Assembly (NCBI GenBank): GCA_031549085.1
Contig: JAVBQL010000001.1
Location: forward strand, 119,486 to 183,485
Reading direction: 5' to 3'
DNA from: Spirochaetota bacterium
Lineage (GTDB): Bacteria > Spirochaetota > GWE2-31-10 > MWDO01
DNA: 64,000 nt
Part shown: piece by piece, positions 49,947 through 60,470 of the stretch
Layout: each line of letters begins with the position of its first letter
Numbering within the stretch: position 1 is the first letter of the stretch
Made by a program: the position numbers and the translations under genes
The notes under the pieces: model-generated
Databases searched by the model: none
Seen by the model: only the letters and a program-made list of their open reading frames with translations
What the model was told of the DNA's origin: nothing

Positions 49947-50948
49947 CTATTTATTTCCTTTTCTATACTCTTCTACAGTGTTTTGTACTTTTATTAAAAG
50001 GTCTCTTGAATACTCTTTTTCTGTTAAAGATTTGTAGACATTATCGCAAGCATTTTGAAATACTTCCTTCTCTTTATCAGCAACAGGAAGATATTTAATT
50101 CCATATTTCTCAAGTGCCTTCTTAGAATCAACATCATCTTGTCTTACTTTTTTTGATAGGGCCTTAAATTTGCTAGCAAATTGATCTCTCATCATAGTTT
50201 GATAGTTCTTTGGCATACTTTCAAATATTTTTTTATCAACAACTATTGCTCCAATCATAAGTGTAATTGGAAAATCTGCTCCATAGGCAACTCTTGTATA
50301 CCATTGAGTTGCAATTAGAGTATAGTATGAGGAGAAAACTGTATCGATCATTCCTGTCTGCAAAGAGGTAACGATATCCGCCATCTGTAGTGGTATAGGT
50401 TTTATGCTGAACTCATCAAACATTGCTTTACTAACAACATCTCCCTCCAGTAGAAATGGCTTTGATGTCTTTAGGGTTGCAAGGGAGTTTACCTTCTTCT
50501 TTGAAAAAACATAGATTAGACCAACCTCTGTCCAAGCTAAGAGAACAAAACCATTCTCCTCTATCTTGTCTCCAACATAAGAGCCAAGCTTCTCTATTGT
50601 ATAGTCATACTCATCATATGTTCTAAATATTAGAGGAAATCCCAATACACCAAAGTCTTTATAAATCAGCTGCATTCCACCGCTGCTTAAGCCAGCACCA
50701 TTTAGCTGACCAATTTTCATCTTATTTACAACAGTGTTTTGATCTCCCATAGTGCTGGCAGGGTAGACCTTTATATCTATCTCCCCATTAGTCGCTACTT
50801 TCATCTCTTTATTAATCTCATCTAAACAGTTGATCCATGCTGACTTATCAGGTGCGTCGGTTGCAATTTTAAAAAAGTATTTCGCTTTAGATTGGGAATA
50901 GGCAAAAAAAGATAGAAACATTAACAAAATTATGAAAGCTTTTTTCAT
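49947..50948 (-). CDS. dctP: TRAP substrate-binding protein (TatP_T type)
   Basis: KIATDAPDKSAW, TNGEIDIKVYP, GDQNTVVNKMKIGQL and SLQTGMID. Confidence 0.92.
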   Translation of the reverse strand: MKKAFIILLMFLSFFAYSQSKAKYFFKIATDAPDKSAWINCLDEINKEMKVATNGEIDIKVYPASTMGDQNTVVNKMKIGQLNGAGLSSGGMQLIYKDFGVLGFPLIFRTYDEYDYTIEKLGSYVGDKIEENGFVLLAWTEVGLIYVFSKKKVNSLATLKTSKPFLLEGDVVSKAMFDEFSIKPIPLQMADIVTSLQTGMIDTVFSSYYTLIATQWYTRVAYGADFPITLMIGAIVVDKKIFESMPKNYQTMMRDQFASKFKALSKKVRQDDVDSKKALEKYGIKYLPVADKEKEVFQNACDNVYKSLTEKEYSRDLLIKVQNTVEEYRKGNK

Positions 50949-51016
50949 AAAAGGCTCCTTTAAAGTAAGTGAAAGCTATATATAAAAATCAAAGGTCAGT
51001 AAACAACTGCCTTTTA

Positions 51017-51892
51017 TTAGAAAAGACTATCCGCATTTTTAAGCAGTTTAACTGCCTCTTCTTGAGTAATCAAGTTCAACAATCTGTTCTCTGGACAAGA
51101 ATCAAGGTCATAATCCTCAATCTCTTTCAAGGTCTTTTTGAATTCCTCTTTTTCATGCTGCGGTTTTAGATAGAACATTGCATAGAACATCTTTGCCATT
51201 AGGAGTTTATCTCCATTTTTTTCAATAACATAGTTAAACTCATTTTTAGCTTTGCTTATATCTCCGCCAATATCTTTTGGAAACGCAGCATAAAATACAC
51301 CATAAAAAAGATGAGGAGCACTGTAGTAAAAATCTCCATCAACAACATAGACCCTATCAATTATCTGCTTAACGATTCCAAGGTCCATAAGACCATCTAT
51401 TGTATCAAGATTATCAAGTATCCACATAATCCAAGCATATGATGCCCAAAAAACATATGGAACCTCAACCTTATTTATGCTTTTTATAAAGGAGTTAAAG
51501 GCTCTATTTTTTTTCTCTATATCTCTTGATTTTTCATAAGCTGCAAATTGAGGATAGGTCATAAGAAGCTGTTTTCCCCAGTTTTTACACTTGTCAGAAA
51601 ATATCTTTTTTCTTACAGGATCATCAACAAAGGCACTGGAGTAGGCAGTAAAGGTCTGTATACCAATTTGAAGAAATGTTCTATTTTTTGGATCAGAAGA
51701 GATGAGACCCTCTATAAGAAGAAGGTATGCAGGAGCTCCATCATTTACAAGCTTGACATCTTTTTGAGAAAATAGAGATTTTGCAAGTCCATCAAACATA
51801 GAGCTGCATGATGTAAAAGTAAATGAGATAATCATTACTACTATAACCATTATAGTAATAACACTGCTATTTTTGTCTGCTCTGCCTTTCAT
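51017..51892 (-). CDS. TRAP transporter TatT component (lipoprotein)
   Basis: Lipobox FTSC, DVKLVNDGAP..LLLIEGL, GGDISKAK..F and NRLLN; directly upstream of dctP. Confidence 0.88.
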   Translation of the reverse strand: MKGRADKNSSVITIMVIVVMIISFTFTSCSSMFDGLAKSLFSQKDVKLVNDGAPAYLLLIEGLISSDPKNRTFLQIGIQTFTAYSSAFVDDPVRKKIFSDKCKNWGKQLLMTYPQFAAYEKSRDIEKKNRAFNSFIKSINKVEVPYVFWASYAWIMWILDNLDTIDGLMDLGIVKQIIDRVYVVDGDFYYSAPHLFYGVFYAAFPKDIGGDISKAKNEFNYVIEKNGDKLLMAKMFYAMFYLKPQHEKEEFKKTLKEIEDYDLDSCPENRLLNLITQEEAVKLLKNADSLF

Positions 51893-52113
51893 GTGTTTTG
51901 TCCTTAAAATATTTTTATGTGTAATTTAAAAAAAATAACATACTTATAAAAAAATTTTCAATTTCAACTTTAAAACTTCCAAACTTAAGTAAATATTGTT
52001 TAAAAGCTTCTCCATCATATTCAAGTCTATAATTTTTTAAAAATAGAGTCAACAATAAAAACTTAAATAAACTCAATAATTATACTTTTTTTAATTTTTT
52101 TTAATAATATTTT

Positions 52114-55100
52114 TCATTTTAGCAGATCTTTCTCAAATATAGCCCTGCCATTATTAAAATAGACTCCGCTCCTGTTTCCATATTTTTCAAGCTGTTTTGA
52201 TGCTCTTCCTCTTAAATAGAGGTATATAATCCCACCAAAATGGCTCTCAAAAGAGAACTCCTCACCAAAATAGCTCTTTAGCCACTTAATAAGTGCTACA
52301 AAATATATTTGATACTGCATAGAGTAGTCTTTCTCCACAAGTTTATAGAACTCATCTCCGCTATAGGTCTCACAAGCGTTGGATTTCCAGTCAAGAATAT
52401 AGAATTTATTTTCATAAGAAAAGATCATATCAATAGAGCCTGTCATATAACCCTTTTTATTAATATCACCAATTTTGGCTATATCAACACTATCCAAAAT
52501 TTCATCGATTACCCCCTCTTTTGAATAGGTAAACTTAAGTTCATTAATTTTTAAATTTTTGTTTATACTGCTTAAAAGAAGCCTGCTCTCCCCAAAATCC
52601 TCCCTCTCTCTAAATTCTATGGGCACATTTAGGGTATTAAATATAATCTCATTTATAGAGAGGGCCATCTTCTCTATAATCAAGCCACTCTCTTCACCTT
52701 TGGATAACTTCTCAATCTTCTCTCTCGTCATGTTGGATAGGATATTATGGTCAATTGCTCTCTCAATTTGTTCTCTAATCCTTAAAATTGACTCCTCTTT
52801 GCTGCTGTTAAGTTCATCTATTGAGCCAATTTCCCCAAATTTATTAAAATCTATCTTTTCAAAGGCTTTATGAAACATATTTCCCAAATTTGTTCCATAT
52901 GGGAGTATTCTATCATTATTCTCATCTATTTTTTTAAAATCTCTCTCTTTTAAAGGCTCCCCATCAGTAAGGCTCTTTGAGAGGCTTGTAAATGATGATG
53001 TTGAGAAGACTCTGCTCTCGATATTTATAAGTTTTTCTCTTGATATGCTCTCAAAGGTCTCTCCTCCAGTTCCATCAGTTGTGGAGCTGCTGCAATTGCT
53101 AGAGTCTCTCTCATCATAGTGGTTGTAGAGACTCTTCTCAAATCTACTGCTATGAGCTCTCGAGAGCCCATCTATATCTATATGCTCTCTTATAAGCATC
53201 AGCAGAGGCTTTGTATTTTTTTCTGGGGTAAAAAAGGGGATAAAAATTTTTAGCTTTGCTCTGGTCAATACAACATAGAAGAGGCGCTTCTCCTCGTCCT
53301 CCTCCCTCTCTCTATGCAGCCTCTTGTGCTGCTCCCTCTTTGTAAGGTCAAATACATTTTTTGTATCATCTTTTTTGTCATAAAAGTTATAAAATTTATC
53401 TTTGCTGCCCCTTGAGAAGCCTCCAGCAACATAGACAATTGGGAATTCAAGCCCCTTGCTGCTGTGCATTGTCATTATCTTTACCTTTTTTTTATCACTC
53501 TCAAGACGCTGGAGATCTATCTCCTTTGTAAAGTCAGACTCCCTTATGTATCTCTCCAAAAGCTCAACAATACCTATAATGTTCAATCTCTTTTTAGTCG
53601 CCTCCTTCAAGAGGTTTCCAAATATATGCTCATAATTTGTTATCTTTCTATCATAATCATTGTTGATAGAGCTGCCCTCTTTGTCAATGGTCTCATTAAA
53701 GATAAGATATGAATTTACAATGATAGAGTGAAAAAGCTCCGAAAATTTATATGTGCCTGCAAGGTAGAGCCACTCTTGAAAGAGGCGATATATCTTGCTC
53801 TCCTCACTTGTAACATCAACTTTTGAGAGTTTTTCTATATCAAAGCCAATAAATCTTGTTAATAGCAGAGCTAAAAAATTGCCATTATCTTCAGGGTAGG
53901 CAATTGCTTTCAAAAGGTAATATATATTATATGCCTCTTTTGTCTCATAGAGACCATCTTTATTGTAGAATGAGTATGGAATTCCACTCCTTTTAAATAG
54001 ATTCTCTATAGGTATTGCATCACTTCTGCTTCTAACCAGCACACATATATCATCATACTCAATTTTTCGGCTTTGCTCCTCTTTTTTGTCTGTAGTTACT
54101 CTATATTTACTATTAGGAGATGTTATCTCACTTACTGATTTTGATATAAAATTTGCATATCTATTTTTTGAGTTTGTGGCATTAATTTTTGCGTCTCTAT
54201 GGTTAAGATCAACAAAGGTCACTGGAGCAACCTCACTATAACTATCCTCACTAGACTCAATTTTAATAGAGAGGCTGTTATCTGCTGGGGAGTCAACAAA
54301 CTCCTCTCTATTGAAGTAGCTCTTGCTATTTAGGACAATATTGGCCGCATCTATAAACTCTTTTGATGAGCGATGGTTTGTTTTTAGGGAGTCAGTAGTG
54401 CTCCCTCTCTCCTTAAGGATTGCCACCGCACTCTCATAGACCCTAACATTGGCTTTTCTAAAGCCATATATGGCCTGCTTTGGATCACCAATCACTATTA
54501 TATTATGCTCTTTAGAGTCAACAAATATCCTCTTTAATATACTCCATTGGGTAGAGTCTGTATCCTGAAACTCATCTACAATCAGATAGCTATAATTTGA
54601 ACGAAGCTCATTTAGAAGGATTTCACTACTATCCACAGAGTCATCAACTATGGTAAGCAGATCATTAAAACTCACCAAGTGCTTCTCTCTCTTATATCGC
54701 TCCATCTCTATGATAAGCTCGTCAACAACAATTGGAAAGATAAGTGTCTCAAGATGAGCAATATTAACAAATATTCTCTCAAGTCGCTCTGTACACTCCC
54801 TTATCTCATCATCAATTTTTGCCAAGTTTTTATATTTAGGATAGGTCGCAGCCTCTAACCAATCTTCAAATTTATCTTTATTAGTCCTTATATTTTCTAT
54901 TTCAGAGCTAGACTCTATATCTGCAGAGAGAATTTCATTAATTTTATCCAACAGCTTTATTATCTCTCCAATATCTCTTTTCCCAAGCTCTATAGATAGA
55001 TTAACAACAGTTTTTGTCCCATTTAAATTCTCTTTTAGATATTGATAGTCATTGGTAACCTCTCTCTCCATCTTTTCAACAAGCTCTATATACTCCCAAC

Positions 55101-55683
55101 TCTCTTTTGCACCACTCTTTGGCAAGATGATATCCCCATTTCGCTTATCATAGATCTTAATAAGCTGATAGATGGTGGATTCCCAAATATTTTCACCTGT
55201 AAGAAAATCACTTTTGCTTGAAAAATCAGAGTAGATAAGAAGCTTTTTTATCAACTTTTCACTATATCTTTTATATATTTCACTGTTCAAAACTCTATAT
55301 AGGCACTTTTTATATAACTTTGAGTCATCTATAACATCATATTGAAAATCGCTCTTTGTCTCTATTGGATACTTGTCTATCACAAGCTTGCAGAAGGAGT
55401 GTATTGTGAATATAGAATTGTTATCAAAATTCTCATAGGCATCTTTAAACCTATTTATAGTAGTCCTATCATCCTCTTCACTGTTATCTATGATATCTTT
55501 TAGCCTTCCCCTCACCCTCTCCTTAAGCTCATTTGTTGCAGCCTCTGTAAAAGTTAGAACCAAGATTTTTGATAGATCTGTCTCCCCATTTTTCAAAATC
55601 TCAACAATTTTATTGATAATTGTATATGTCTTGCCAGTCCCTGCACTGGCCTCTATTATTAGATTATAGTTATTTTTGTCCAT
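52114..55683 (-). CDS. recB: RecB-like helicase/nuclease (exodeoxyribonuclease V beta)
   Basis: EASAGTGKT, LTFTEAA, IFTIHSFC, VDEFQDTD, IGDPKQAIYGFR, MTMHSSKGLEF and nuclease GSIDMIF...ILDWKSN. GTG 55698 is an alternative start. Confidence 0.92.
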   Translation of the reverse strand: MDKNNYNLIIEASAGTGKTYTIINKIVEILKNGETDLSKILVLTFTEAATNELKERVRGRLKDIIDNSEEDDRTTINRFKDAYENFDNNSIFTIHSFCKLVIDKYPIETKSDFQYDVIDDSKLYKKCLYRVLNSEIYKRYSEKLIKKLLIYSDFSSKSDFLTGENIWESTIYQLIKIYDKRNGDIILPKSGAKESWEYIELVEKMEREVTNDYQYLKENLNGTKTVVNLSIELGKRDIGEIIKLLDKINEILSADIESSSEIENIRTNKDKFEDWLEAATYPKYKNLAKIDDEIRECTERLERIFVNIAHLETLIFPIVVDELIIEMERYKREKHLVSFNDLLTIVDDSVDSSEILLNELRSNYSYLIVDEFQDTDSTQWSILKRIFVDSKEHNIIVIGDPKQAIYGFRKANVRVYESAVAILKERGSTTDSLKTNHRSSKEFIDAANIVLNSKSYFNREEFVDSPADNSLSIKIESSEDSYSEVAPVTFVDLNHRDAKINATNSKNRYANFISKSVSEITSPNSKYRVTTDKKEEQSRKIEYDDICVLVRSRSDAIPIENLFKRSGIPYSFYNKDGLYETKEAYNIYYLLKAIAYPEDNGNFLALLLTRFIGFDIEKLSKVDVTSEESKIYRLFQEWLYLAGTYKFSELFHSIIVNSYLIFNETIDKEGSSINNDYDRKITNYEHIFGNLLKEATKKRLNIIGIVELLERYIRESDFTKEIDLQRLESDKKKVKIMTMHSSKGLEFPIVYVAGGFSRGSKDKFYNFYDKKDDTKNVFDLTKREQHKRLHREREEDEEKRLFYVVLTRAKLKIFIPFFTPEKNTKPLLMLIREHIDIDGLSRAHSSRFEKSLYNHYDERDSSNCSSSTTDGTGGETFESISREKLINIESRVFSTSSFTSLSKSLTDGEPLKERDFKKIDENNDRILPYGTNLGNMFHKAFEKIDFNKFGEIGSIDELNSSKEESILRIREQIERAIDHNILSNMTREKIEKLSKGEESGLIIEKMALSINEIIFNTLNVPIEFREREDFGESRLLLSSINKNLKINELKFTYSKEGVIDEILDSVDIAKIGDINKKGYMTGSIDMIFSYENKFYILDWKSNACETYSGDEFYKLVEKDYSMQYQIYFVALIKWLKSYFGEEFSFESHFGGIIYLYLRGRASKQLEKYGNRSGVYFNNGRAIFEKDLLK

Positions 55684-55720
55684 TAATACTCTTCTCACTC
55701 TAAATACTTTAACAATTTAA

Positions 55721-55816
55721 GAGGTTTGTCAAGATAGCAAAAACAAAGTTTTTTGTATTAAACCGCTTGGCACTTTTCCAACAAAAAACGACTTTTTTAA
55801 TGTCTTGGCAAATCTC
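55721..55816. repeat. Family B nested hairpin, copy B5
   Basis: GAGGTTTGTCAAGATA/TGTCTTGGCAAATCTC outer stem (three G.T pairs); ACAAAG-TTTTTTGT...ACAAAAAA-CGACT core. Confidence 0.8.
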
Positions 55817-55851
55817 TCTCCCCTATTTAACGCTTGAGAGACTCCTCTTAA

Positions 55852-55881
55852 ACCCCTTTTTGAAAAAGGGGTAGGGGGGGT
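55852..55881. repeat. Family C short hairpin (minus orientation, after the recC stop)
   Basis: CCCCTTTTTGAAAAAGGGG followed by TAGGGGGGG. Confidence 0.78.
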
Positions 55882-55891
55882 AGAGAAATCT

Positions 55892-58800
55892 CTACTCTAG
55901 ATATTTAACACCGCTAAAAGCCAACTTAAATCTTTCATCAATTATATCTTGCAGCTCCTCTTCTCTTAAAAGAGGAGACTCCAAAATGGCCGCTAATGAG
56001 AGGGAATCGGCTTCGCTCTTATCCATCTGCTCAAGGTATTTACCAAAATTAAAAGTGTCTGTCTTAAGAGTGTAGAGCTTATTTACCATATCAAAATCTA
56101 CACTATCAAAGTTTTTATCATCAAACATATAATATATCAAATTATTCAAGAATTTTTCTGCCTCATCTCTAACCGCAGAGAATTCCAGTCTCTTAACAAC
56201 ACCATCTTTGTAGATTATCGTAGTAACAATTTTCTCTTGAAACCCATCAATGGTCACCAGTGCAGAGAAAAAGAAGAGAAGAGGCTCCAATATGTGGTGT
56301 GTTATATATTGCTCTTCCCTTTTTGGCTCGCCAGACGTAGAGAGCACCAATATCTCATAGATTCCACTCTCTTTATCTTGAAAGAGAGATAGGTTATATC
56401 TACCAGTAAGTCCTATATTTAAAGTTTTTGAATCATCTTTTTTTAATTTAAACTCTATTGGCTTCATACGAAATATATTATCTCTCTTTTCATCAGTAGA
56501 GTCTGTGAACTCTACTGCACTATATGAGATAAAATTTCTATATCTCTCTTTAAGTGGCTCTATCACCCCTGCATAGGTAGAAAAACTCTTAGCCAACTCC
56601 TCTCTTGAGATCTCTAACAATGGTTTTGTTGCAGGTGTTTTTGCTGTTAATAGGCTATATTTAAAATATCTATCAAAATTATTCTCGATAAATTCACTCA
56701 AATCAAAGTTTTTATCCTCATCTAGAGAATTTTTATCAGAAGCTCTCTTCATACCAAAATATTTAGAGATATATTCACTTATAAAGGGGTGAACAATCTC
56801 CCAATTTGTTAATCTATCTACATAGATAGGTCTAAAATCGATCTTTTCATGCTCTCTCTCCTCAAAAATGTTAAAGAGCTTGCTAAACTTTGTCTCTATA
56901 GGATATCTAATAAGCCTCTTCAAATCAGCAATGGTTATGCTTCTCTCATCAGTTTCATTCAAATTAATATCATCTTTTTTAGTTTGATTCTTCTTAACGA
57001 GAGGGCTCTCTCCTCTACTCATAATCTTAAAAACCATATAGTCCATATAGCTATAGTTATTAAATAGATCTGTTATCGAAACATAGCTCTCTCTTCGCCT
57101 ATCTTTACTGTCAAAATAGAGCTCATCATAGCCCTTTAGGGGAATCCGAATCTCTCTAAACCTACTTCTCTTGCCATTTTCACCATAGGGCAAAAGATTC
57201 TCTTCTATATATTGCTTAAGATTGTGAAGCACTGATGAGTGATAGAGCTTTTTCTCTTTAACAATATCATCTCCACAATATGAGAGGTAGAGCCTCTCTT
57301 CAACAGATAGGAGAAGCTCCATAAATAGGTTTTTGCTCTTATCAATGGGCATAACATCATTTTCACTCCTATCCAAAGTTCTGATATCCAAAATATTATC
57401 GATATTTTTTTTAGGAAAGAGATTATCATTCAATCCAATAAGGTAGACAATCTTTTTTGGAATAGATCTAAAATTATCAAGTGTAGAAATTGTGATCCCC
57501 TCCGCTCTGCTGCCTCCTACACTCTCTTCAATACTTATATTTGAGAGAAGATCTTTTAAAAACTCTACTGCCTCTTTAAGAGTAAAGGGGGGGGTAAGTT
57601 TATCATTAAGGGAACTACCCCTCCTGCCTATGCTTTTGAGATTTTTGATTACTTCAATGCAGAGACTACTCTCCCGTATAATCTCTCTATCTTTTATATT
57701 TTTATCTTTTATATTAAAAAATTTATCTATAAACTCTCTAAACTTTTCACACCACTCTATAAGTTTGAAAGATGCCCTATCCTCTCTCAAATCCCACACA
57801 TATTTCAATACCTCATACAGCAGGGGTATACTCTTTTCAATAGCGTCCCTCTCAAAACCCATATCATAGGGGATAATTTTTGTTTCACCATCTATCTTAC
57901 TGTATGGAGGTATTGGCAATATTTTTGAGAGTGCAACCCTCTCTATCCCATAAACAATCGAGTAGGGGGAGTCCCTATCACTGAAGTCAAACCCCTCAAT
58001 ACTCTTTAACTCTCGAAGCACACCTATCAAAACCTTTGCCTCTCTCTGCTTAAGATTATTGCACTTTAAGAAGAATCTATTTTGAAAAAGTTTTGCTATA
58101 TCATCAAAGATTGTGTCCCTATCTATACCTAAAATAGTAATAAGAGCATCACCAAAGAGGGTATCAACGCCTGATAGACTTAAATTATTGTAGGTTAGTA
58201 TCTTTCTAAATCTTCGCTCTCTTGGTCTCTCTAAAAAATTGCTGTTGCCAAGCCACTCTCTATCAAAAACAGCCTTTATTGCTGTGCCATACTGCTCCAT
58301 ATCGGAGACAAAGATAGCCACATCACTCTGTTTTAGTCTATCATCAGCGCTTAGGTTATAGATTATACTATTAAAAACTGTCTCAACCTCCCTCTCTACT
58401 GTTGGAGAGTTAAAAATTTGCAGGCTCTTATCTTGAGCAATTTTCTCCTCTATCTTATACCCATTTATGCTATTCTTCAGATAGGCAAGCAGAGTTCTCT
58501 CATGGAGCTCTTTTGGCTCTGCTCTCTCAAAAGATATAGTTGGCTTAAGAGCAGCCTCACTTCTCTTTGACTCTCTCTCCAAAAAGAGTGTCGTATTTTT
58601 GATATTCACCATCGCAAGACTCTTTAGAAGTCTATTCTCTGGCTGACAAATTGTGCCATCTTTCATATATCTAACAGGAAAAGTTGGATTAAAGAGATCG
58701 ATATGAAAAAATTTAATCTTATAGAAGCGGCTTATCTTCAATAGTATATTGTAGTGCTCTTGAGAGATCTCGGAGAAACCAAAAAAGTAGACAATCTTTT

Positions 58801-59458
58801 TTGAAATGTCTGGCCTATACTTATCTTCATTATCTATATCAGATATATAGTTCATAAGAGTGGTAAGATTATCATTCTCCTCTATAATCTCCAATATCTT
58901 TTGATAGATAAATCTCTCAAGCCTCTCTATCTCATCGATAGATGCCATGTGTAATTGACTATTTTCAAAGCTATATCTCTCTCCTTTTCGCCAGCTCTCT
59001 ATCATATCTACCCGCTGAAACTCATAGTCTCTAAAGAACATAGCAAGCTTTTTTGCTGCCAAATATAGCCTTGTGTTCTCACCACTGCCTATATATCGCT
59101 CTATTATGGAGAGGCTATCCTCTATTCCAATATACTTCTTCAAGATAGAGAATATAATATCCTCATACTCACTCTTATTTTTGTTGCTTCCAAGAAATAT
59201 ATATCTTTTTTTATCCTTTTTTATCTCTCTCACAAGTTTTATAATCACGCTCTCTAAAAAATCAAACTCTATATTTATAGAGATCCCCACCTTTTTCAAA
59301 AAAAATCGCTCTAAATAGGTTCTTAATTCTTTGTTTTGAATGACAATCGTTGGTTTGTAGAATATTCCCTCCATTTTTCTATCTTTTGCTAGCTCTTCAA
59401 AGAGCATAGAGGAGAGAGGTTCAAGGTTTGCAGCAGAGTAGAAAGTAAAATTATCCAT
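55892..59458 (-). CDS. recC: RecC-like protein (exodeoxyribonuclease V gamma)
   Basis: F.FYSAANLEPL start, FRDYEFQR.DMI.SW, SPTVEREVE, DVAIFV.D...Y, LIGLND..FP and LYLSYCG; 1188 aa, upstream of recB. Confidence 0.88.
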   Translation of the reverse strand: MDNFTFYSAANLEPLSSMLFEELAKDRKMEGIFYKPTIVIQNKELRTYLERFFLKKVGISINIEFDFLESVIIKLVREIKKDKKRYIFLGSNKNKSEYEDIIFSILKKYIGIEDSLSIIERYIGSGENTRLYLAAKKLAMFFRDYEFQRVDMIESWRKGERYSFENSQLHMASIDEIERLERFIYQKILEIIEENDNLTTLMNYISDIDNEDKYRPDISKKIVYFFGFSEISQEHYNILLKISRFYKIKFFHIDLFNPTFPVRYMKDGTICQPENRLLKSLAMVNIKNTTLFLERESKRSEAALKPTISFERAEPKELHERTLLAYLKNSINGYKIEEKIAQDKSLQIFNSPTVEREVETVFNSIIYNLSADDRLKQSDVAIFVSDMEQYGTAIKAVFDREWLGNSNFLERPRERRFRKILTYNNLSLSGVDTLFGDALITILGIDRDTIFDDIAKLFQNRFFLKCNNLKQREAKVLIGVLRELKSIEGFDFSDRDSPYSIVYGIERVALSKILPIPPYSKIDGETKIIPYDMGFERDAIEKSIPLLYEVLKYVWDLREDRASFKLIEWCEKFREFIDKFFNIKDKNIKDREIIRESSLCIEVIKNLKSIGRRGSSLNDKLTPPFTLKEAVEFLKDLLSNISIEESVGGSRAEGITISTLDNFRSIPKKIVYLIGLNDNLFPKKNIDNILDIRTLDRSENDVMPIDKSKNLFMELLLSVEERLYLSYCGDDIVKEKKLYHSSVLHNLKQYIEENLLPYGENGKRSRFREIRIPLKGYDELYFDSKDRRRESYVSITDLFNNYSYMDYMVFKIMSRGESPLVKKNQTKKDDINLNETDERSITIADLKRLIRYPIETKFSKLFNIFEEREHEKIDFRPIYVDRLTNWEIVHPFISEYISKYFGMKRASDKNSLDEDKNFDLSEFIENNFDRYFKYSLLTAKTPATKPLLEISREELAKSFSTYAGVIEPLKERYRNFISYSAVEFTDSTDEKRDNIFRMKPIEFKLKKDDSKTLNIGLTGRYNLSLFQDKESGIYEILVLSTSGEPKREEQYITHHILEPLLFFFSALVTIDGFQEKIVTTIIYKDGVVKRLEFSAVRDEAEKFLNNLIYYMFDDKNFDSVDFDMVNKLYTLKTDTFNFGKYLEQMDKSEADSLSLAAILESPLLREEELQDIIDERFKLAFSGVKYLE

Positions 59459-59685
59459 CTTTTTATTTTAATAGTATCTATATTTTAGTTGTTATAATTA
59501 ATCATTAAATATTTTATATAAAAAAATAGATAATGTCTAATAATATTTATAATTAAAAATTATTGAATATCTAACAAAAGAGTTGGCATATTACTTTATT
59601 TTTTGAACTCATATTCCGTAAATTCATCTGAATCGCAATATCTTTTATAAAAAACTAAATAAAACTAACAAATGGAGTCTTTTAG

Positions 59686-60444
59686 ATGGTATCTAATATA
59701 GATGAAGCCTTTTTGCTCTATGAGAAGAGATACAATCTCTCAAAAATTGCACTAGAGAGCGGAATATATGATGAGGATTTTAACAGCCTAAATTCTAAAG
59801 ATAAATTTCTTCTTCTTGCATACAAACTAAAGGAGTCCAATAAGTTAAATCTTGCATCATTCTTCTTTGGAAAACTATTTGAGCTTACATCAGATTTGGA
59901 AGCGCTAATAAATAAGATAGATTGTTTGATAGAGCTTACTGAATATGATGAGGCAAACAGACTAAACAACCTTGCTTTTGAGTTATATCTTGAGGACCCT
60001 GCGATAAATACGCTTGAGGTGGAGAAAAAACTTAACTATCAAAAAGGCCTAATTGCTTTCTATACTGATAAGTTAAACTATACACAATGGATCTGTGAGG
60101 AGTCCATTGTACGCTATATGTCTGTTGAATTTTTCTATCTGCTCTGTGCAGTCTTTATCTCATTTTCTGATTATGAAAATGCGAGAAAGATCTATCACAA
60201 GTATGGCTCAAAGTTCACAACAAGCTTTGAATTCCTCTTTGAGGTTTTTCTTCTATTAATTAATATAGATAATATGAAGAAGGCCCTTGACTTTATAAGC
60301 ATGCTAACGAATGTAAGCGAGGAGCAGAAGAGTGAGCTTGTTAACTATGTATCAATCCACTATAATCTCTTCTCAAAGGATAGAGATAACTTAAAAAAAT
60401 GTTTTGAGAAGGTTTTTATTGATGGGGAAGTTCCATCTATATAG
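59686..60444 (+). CDS. Hypothetical TPR-like protein
   Basis: Helical repeats (ALINKIDCLIELTEYDEA, LCAVFISFSDYENA). Confidence 0.7.
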   Translation: MVSNIDEAFLLYEKRYNLSKIALESGIYDEDFNSLNSKDKFLLLAYKLKESNKLNLASFFFGKLFELTSDLEALINKIDCLIELTEYDEANRLNNLAFELYLEDPAINTLEVEKKLNYQKGLIAFYTDKLNYTQWICEESIVRYMSVEFFYLLCAVFISFSDYENARKIYHKYGSKFTTSFEFLFEVFLLLINIDNMKKALDFISMLTNVSEEQKSELVNYVSIHYNLFSKDRDNLKKCFEKVFIDGEVPSI

Positions 60445-60470
60445 TAAAGATGCTTTTTCCCTAATTCTAT

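Noticed and set aside
52114-59458. AG/CT-rich sequence in recB, recC and the AAA operon as evidence of foreign origin
   Set aside because: Similar GAG/AGA/CTC codon preference appears in other genes of the window. I could not run a codon analysis, so this is unsupported.
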